In this document: positions 4,336-4,976 of the stretch, piece by piece
How positions within the stretch are numbered: the stretch's first letter is position 1
How the letters are laid out: each line of letters opens with the position of its first letter
IMG/VR virus record: IMGVR_UViG_2648501400_000010
DNA: 4,976 nt
Strand: one strand, 5' to 3'
DNA from: a virus
Lineage: Duplodnaviria > Heunggongvirae > Uroviricota > Caudoviricetes
Made by a program: the position numbers and the translations under genes
The notes under the pieces: model-generated
What the model was told of the DNA's origin: nothing
Database searches by the model: none
The model's input: only the letters and a program-made list of their open reading frames with translations

Positions 4336-4577
4336 CCCTCTGTTATCAATTTTCTGGTGACGTTTGGCGGTATCAGTTTTACTCCGTGACTGCTCTGCCG
4401 CCCTTTTTAAAGTGAATTTTGTGATGTGGTGAATGCGGCTGAGCGCACGCGGAACAGTTAAAACCAAAAACAGTGTTATGGGTGGATTCTCTGTATCCGG
4501 CGTTAATTGTTAACTGGTTAACGTCACCTGGAGGCACCAGGCACCGCATCACAAAATTCATTGTTGAGGACGCGATA

Positions 4578-4766
4578 ATGGAAACGTTATTACCAAACGT
4601 TAATACGTCTGAAGGTTGTTTTGAAATTGGTGTCACTATCAGTAACCCTGTATTTACTGAAGATGCCATTAACAAGAGAAAACACGAACGGGAGTTATTA
4701 AATAAAATATGCATTCTTTCAATGCTGGCCCGTTTACGTCCGATACAAAAAGGATGCTGGCAATGA
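4578..4766 (+). CDS. Hypothetical small protein, 62 aa (METLLPNVNTSEGCFEIGVTISNPVFTEDAINKRKHERELLNKICILSMLARLRPIQKGCWQ)
   Basis: Internal ATG of track ORF 4473..4766. SD GAGGA at 4566-4570 with a 7-nt spacer; the upstream ATG at 4473 has no SD. Stop overlaps the start of the next ORF (ATGA at 4763-4766). Confidence 0.45.
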   Translation: METLLPNVNTSEGCFEIGVTISNPVFTEDAINKRKHERELLNKICILSMLARLRPIQKGCWQ

Positions 4767-4954
4767 ATACAGCATTTGCACTTGTTCTGACAGTTTTTCT
4801 TGTTTCCGGAGAGCCAGTTGATATTGCAGTCAGTGTTCACAGGACAATGCAGGAGTGTGTGACTGCAGCAACCGAACAGAAAATTCCCGGTAACTGTTAC
4901 CCGGTCGATAAAGTTATTCACCAGGATAATAACGAAATCCCGGCAGGTCTTTAA
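4763..4954 (+). CDS. Hypothetical small protein, 63 aa, with N-terminal hydrophobic segment (signal peptide or membrane anchor) and two Cys
   Basis: In frame with track ORF 4709..4954. ATG at 4763 overlaps the stop of the upstream ORF (ATGA); AAGGA at 4749-4753. Sequence MNTAFALVLTVFLVSGEPVDIAVSVHRTMQECVTAATEQKIPGNCYPVDKVIHQDNNEIPAGL has about 15 hydrophobic residues at the N-terminus. Confidence 0.45.
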   Translation: MNTAFALVLTVFLVSGEPVDIAVSVHRTMQECVTAATEQKIPGNCYPVDKVIHQDNNEIPAGL

Positions 4955-4976
4955 AACAGTTCCGTAATAAACATCC

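Noticed and set aside
4255-4340. tRNA or attachment-site core
   Set aside because: The GGGG-N9-CCCC and long hairpin do not fit cloverleaf arm lengths (no 7-nt T-loop with TTCRA, no acceptor-stem pairing). No integrase or direct-repeat att pair is visible in the window.
4473-4577. Upstream ATG (4473) as start of the 62-aa ORF
   Set aside because: No SD at 4473, whereas ATG 4578 has GAGGA with a 7-nt spacer; the N-terminal extension would be translated from hairpin-rich, likely non-coding sequence.
4379-4921. 180-aa minus-strand ORF
   Set aside because: Cys/Asn-rich low-complexity translation with no SD; antisense to two SD-supported, translationally coupled small ORFs. Cannot be fully excluded without expression data.
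1-4976. CRISPR array, rRNA, IS element or transposase
   Set aside because: No regularly spaced 25-40 bp direct repeats with unique spacers, no rRNA-like conserved stretches, and no terminal inverted repeats flanking a transposase-sized ORF.

Overview
This window reads as the immunity and early-control region of a lambdoid cryptic prophage of the Rac / CP-933P type from an E. coli-like enterobacterium. All assignments rest on reading the sequence and ORF translations and on recalled family knowledge; no searches were run. Leftward (minus strand) genes are a Cro-like HTH protein (YdaS-like), a YdaT-like (CII-position) protein, a replication-initiator-like protein with an internal array of phased 15-bp iterons (candidate ori), and the first codons of a further gene running off the left edge. 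Rightward (plus strand) genes are a non-cleavable XRE-family repressor, then a translationally coupled 63-aa antitoxin and ParE-family toxin (paaR-paaA-parE-like three-component module) ending at an intrinsic terminator. Downstream, a second operator/promoter region (PL-like) drives a tight operon of four small genes, one of which (42 aa) is absent from the ORF track. A shared operator motif (AATAG-N5-CTATTTAC) occurs as a strong-plus-weak pair with identical geometry at both promoters. The right end holds about 530 bp of structured non-coding DNA with a 60-nt hairpin, followed by two small coupled ORFs of unknown function. I see no CRISPR array, rRNA, tRNA or transposase. The core system is recognisable rather than new; the candidates for undescribed biology are the small-gene operon, the structured non-coding region and the terminal ORF pair.
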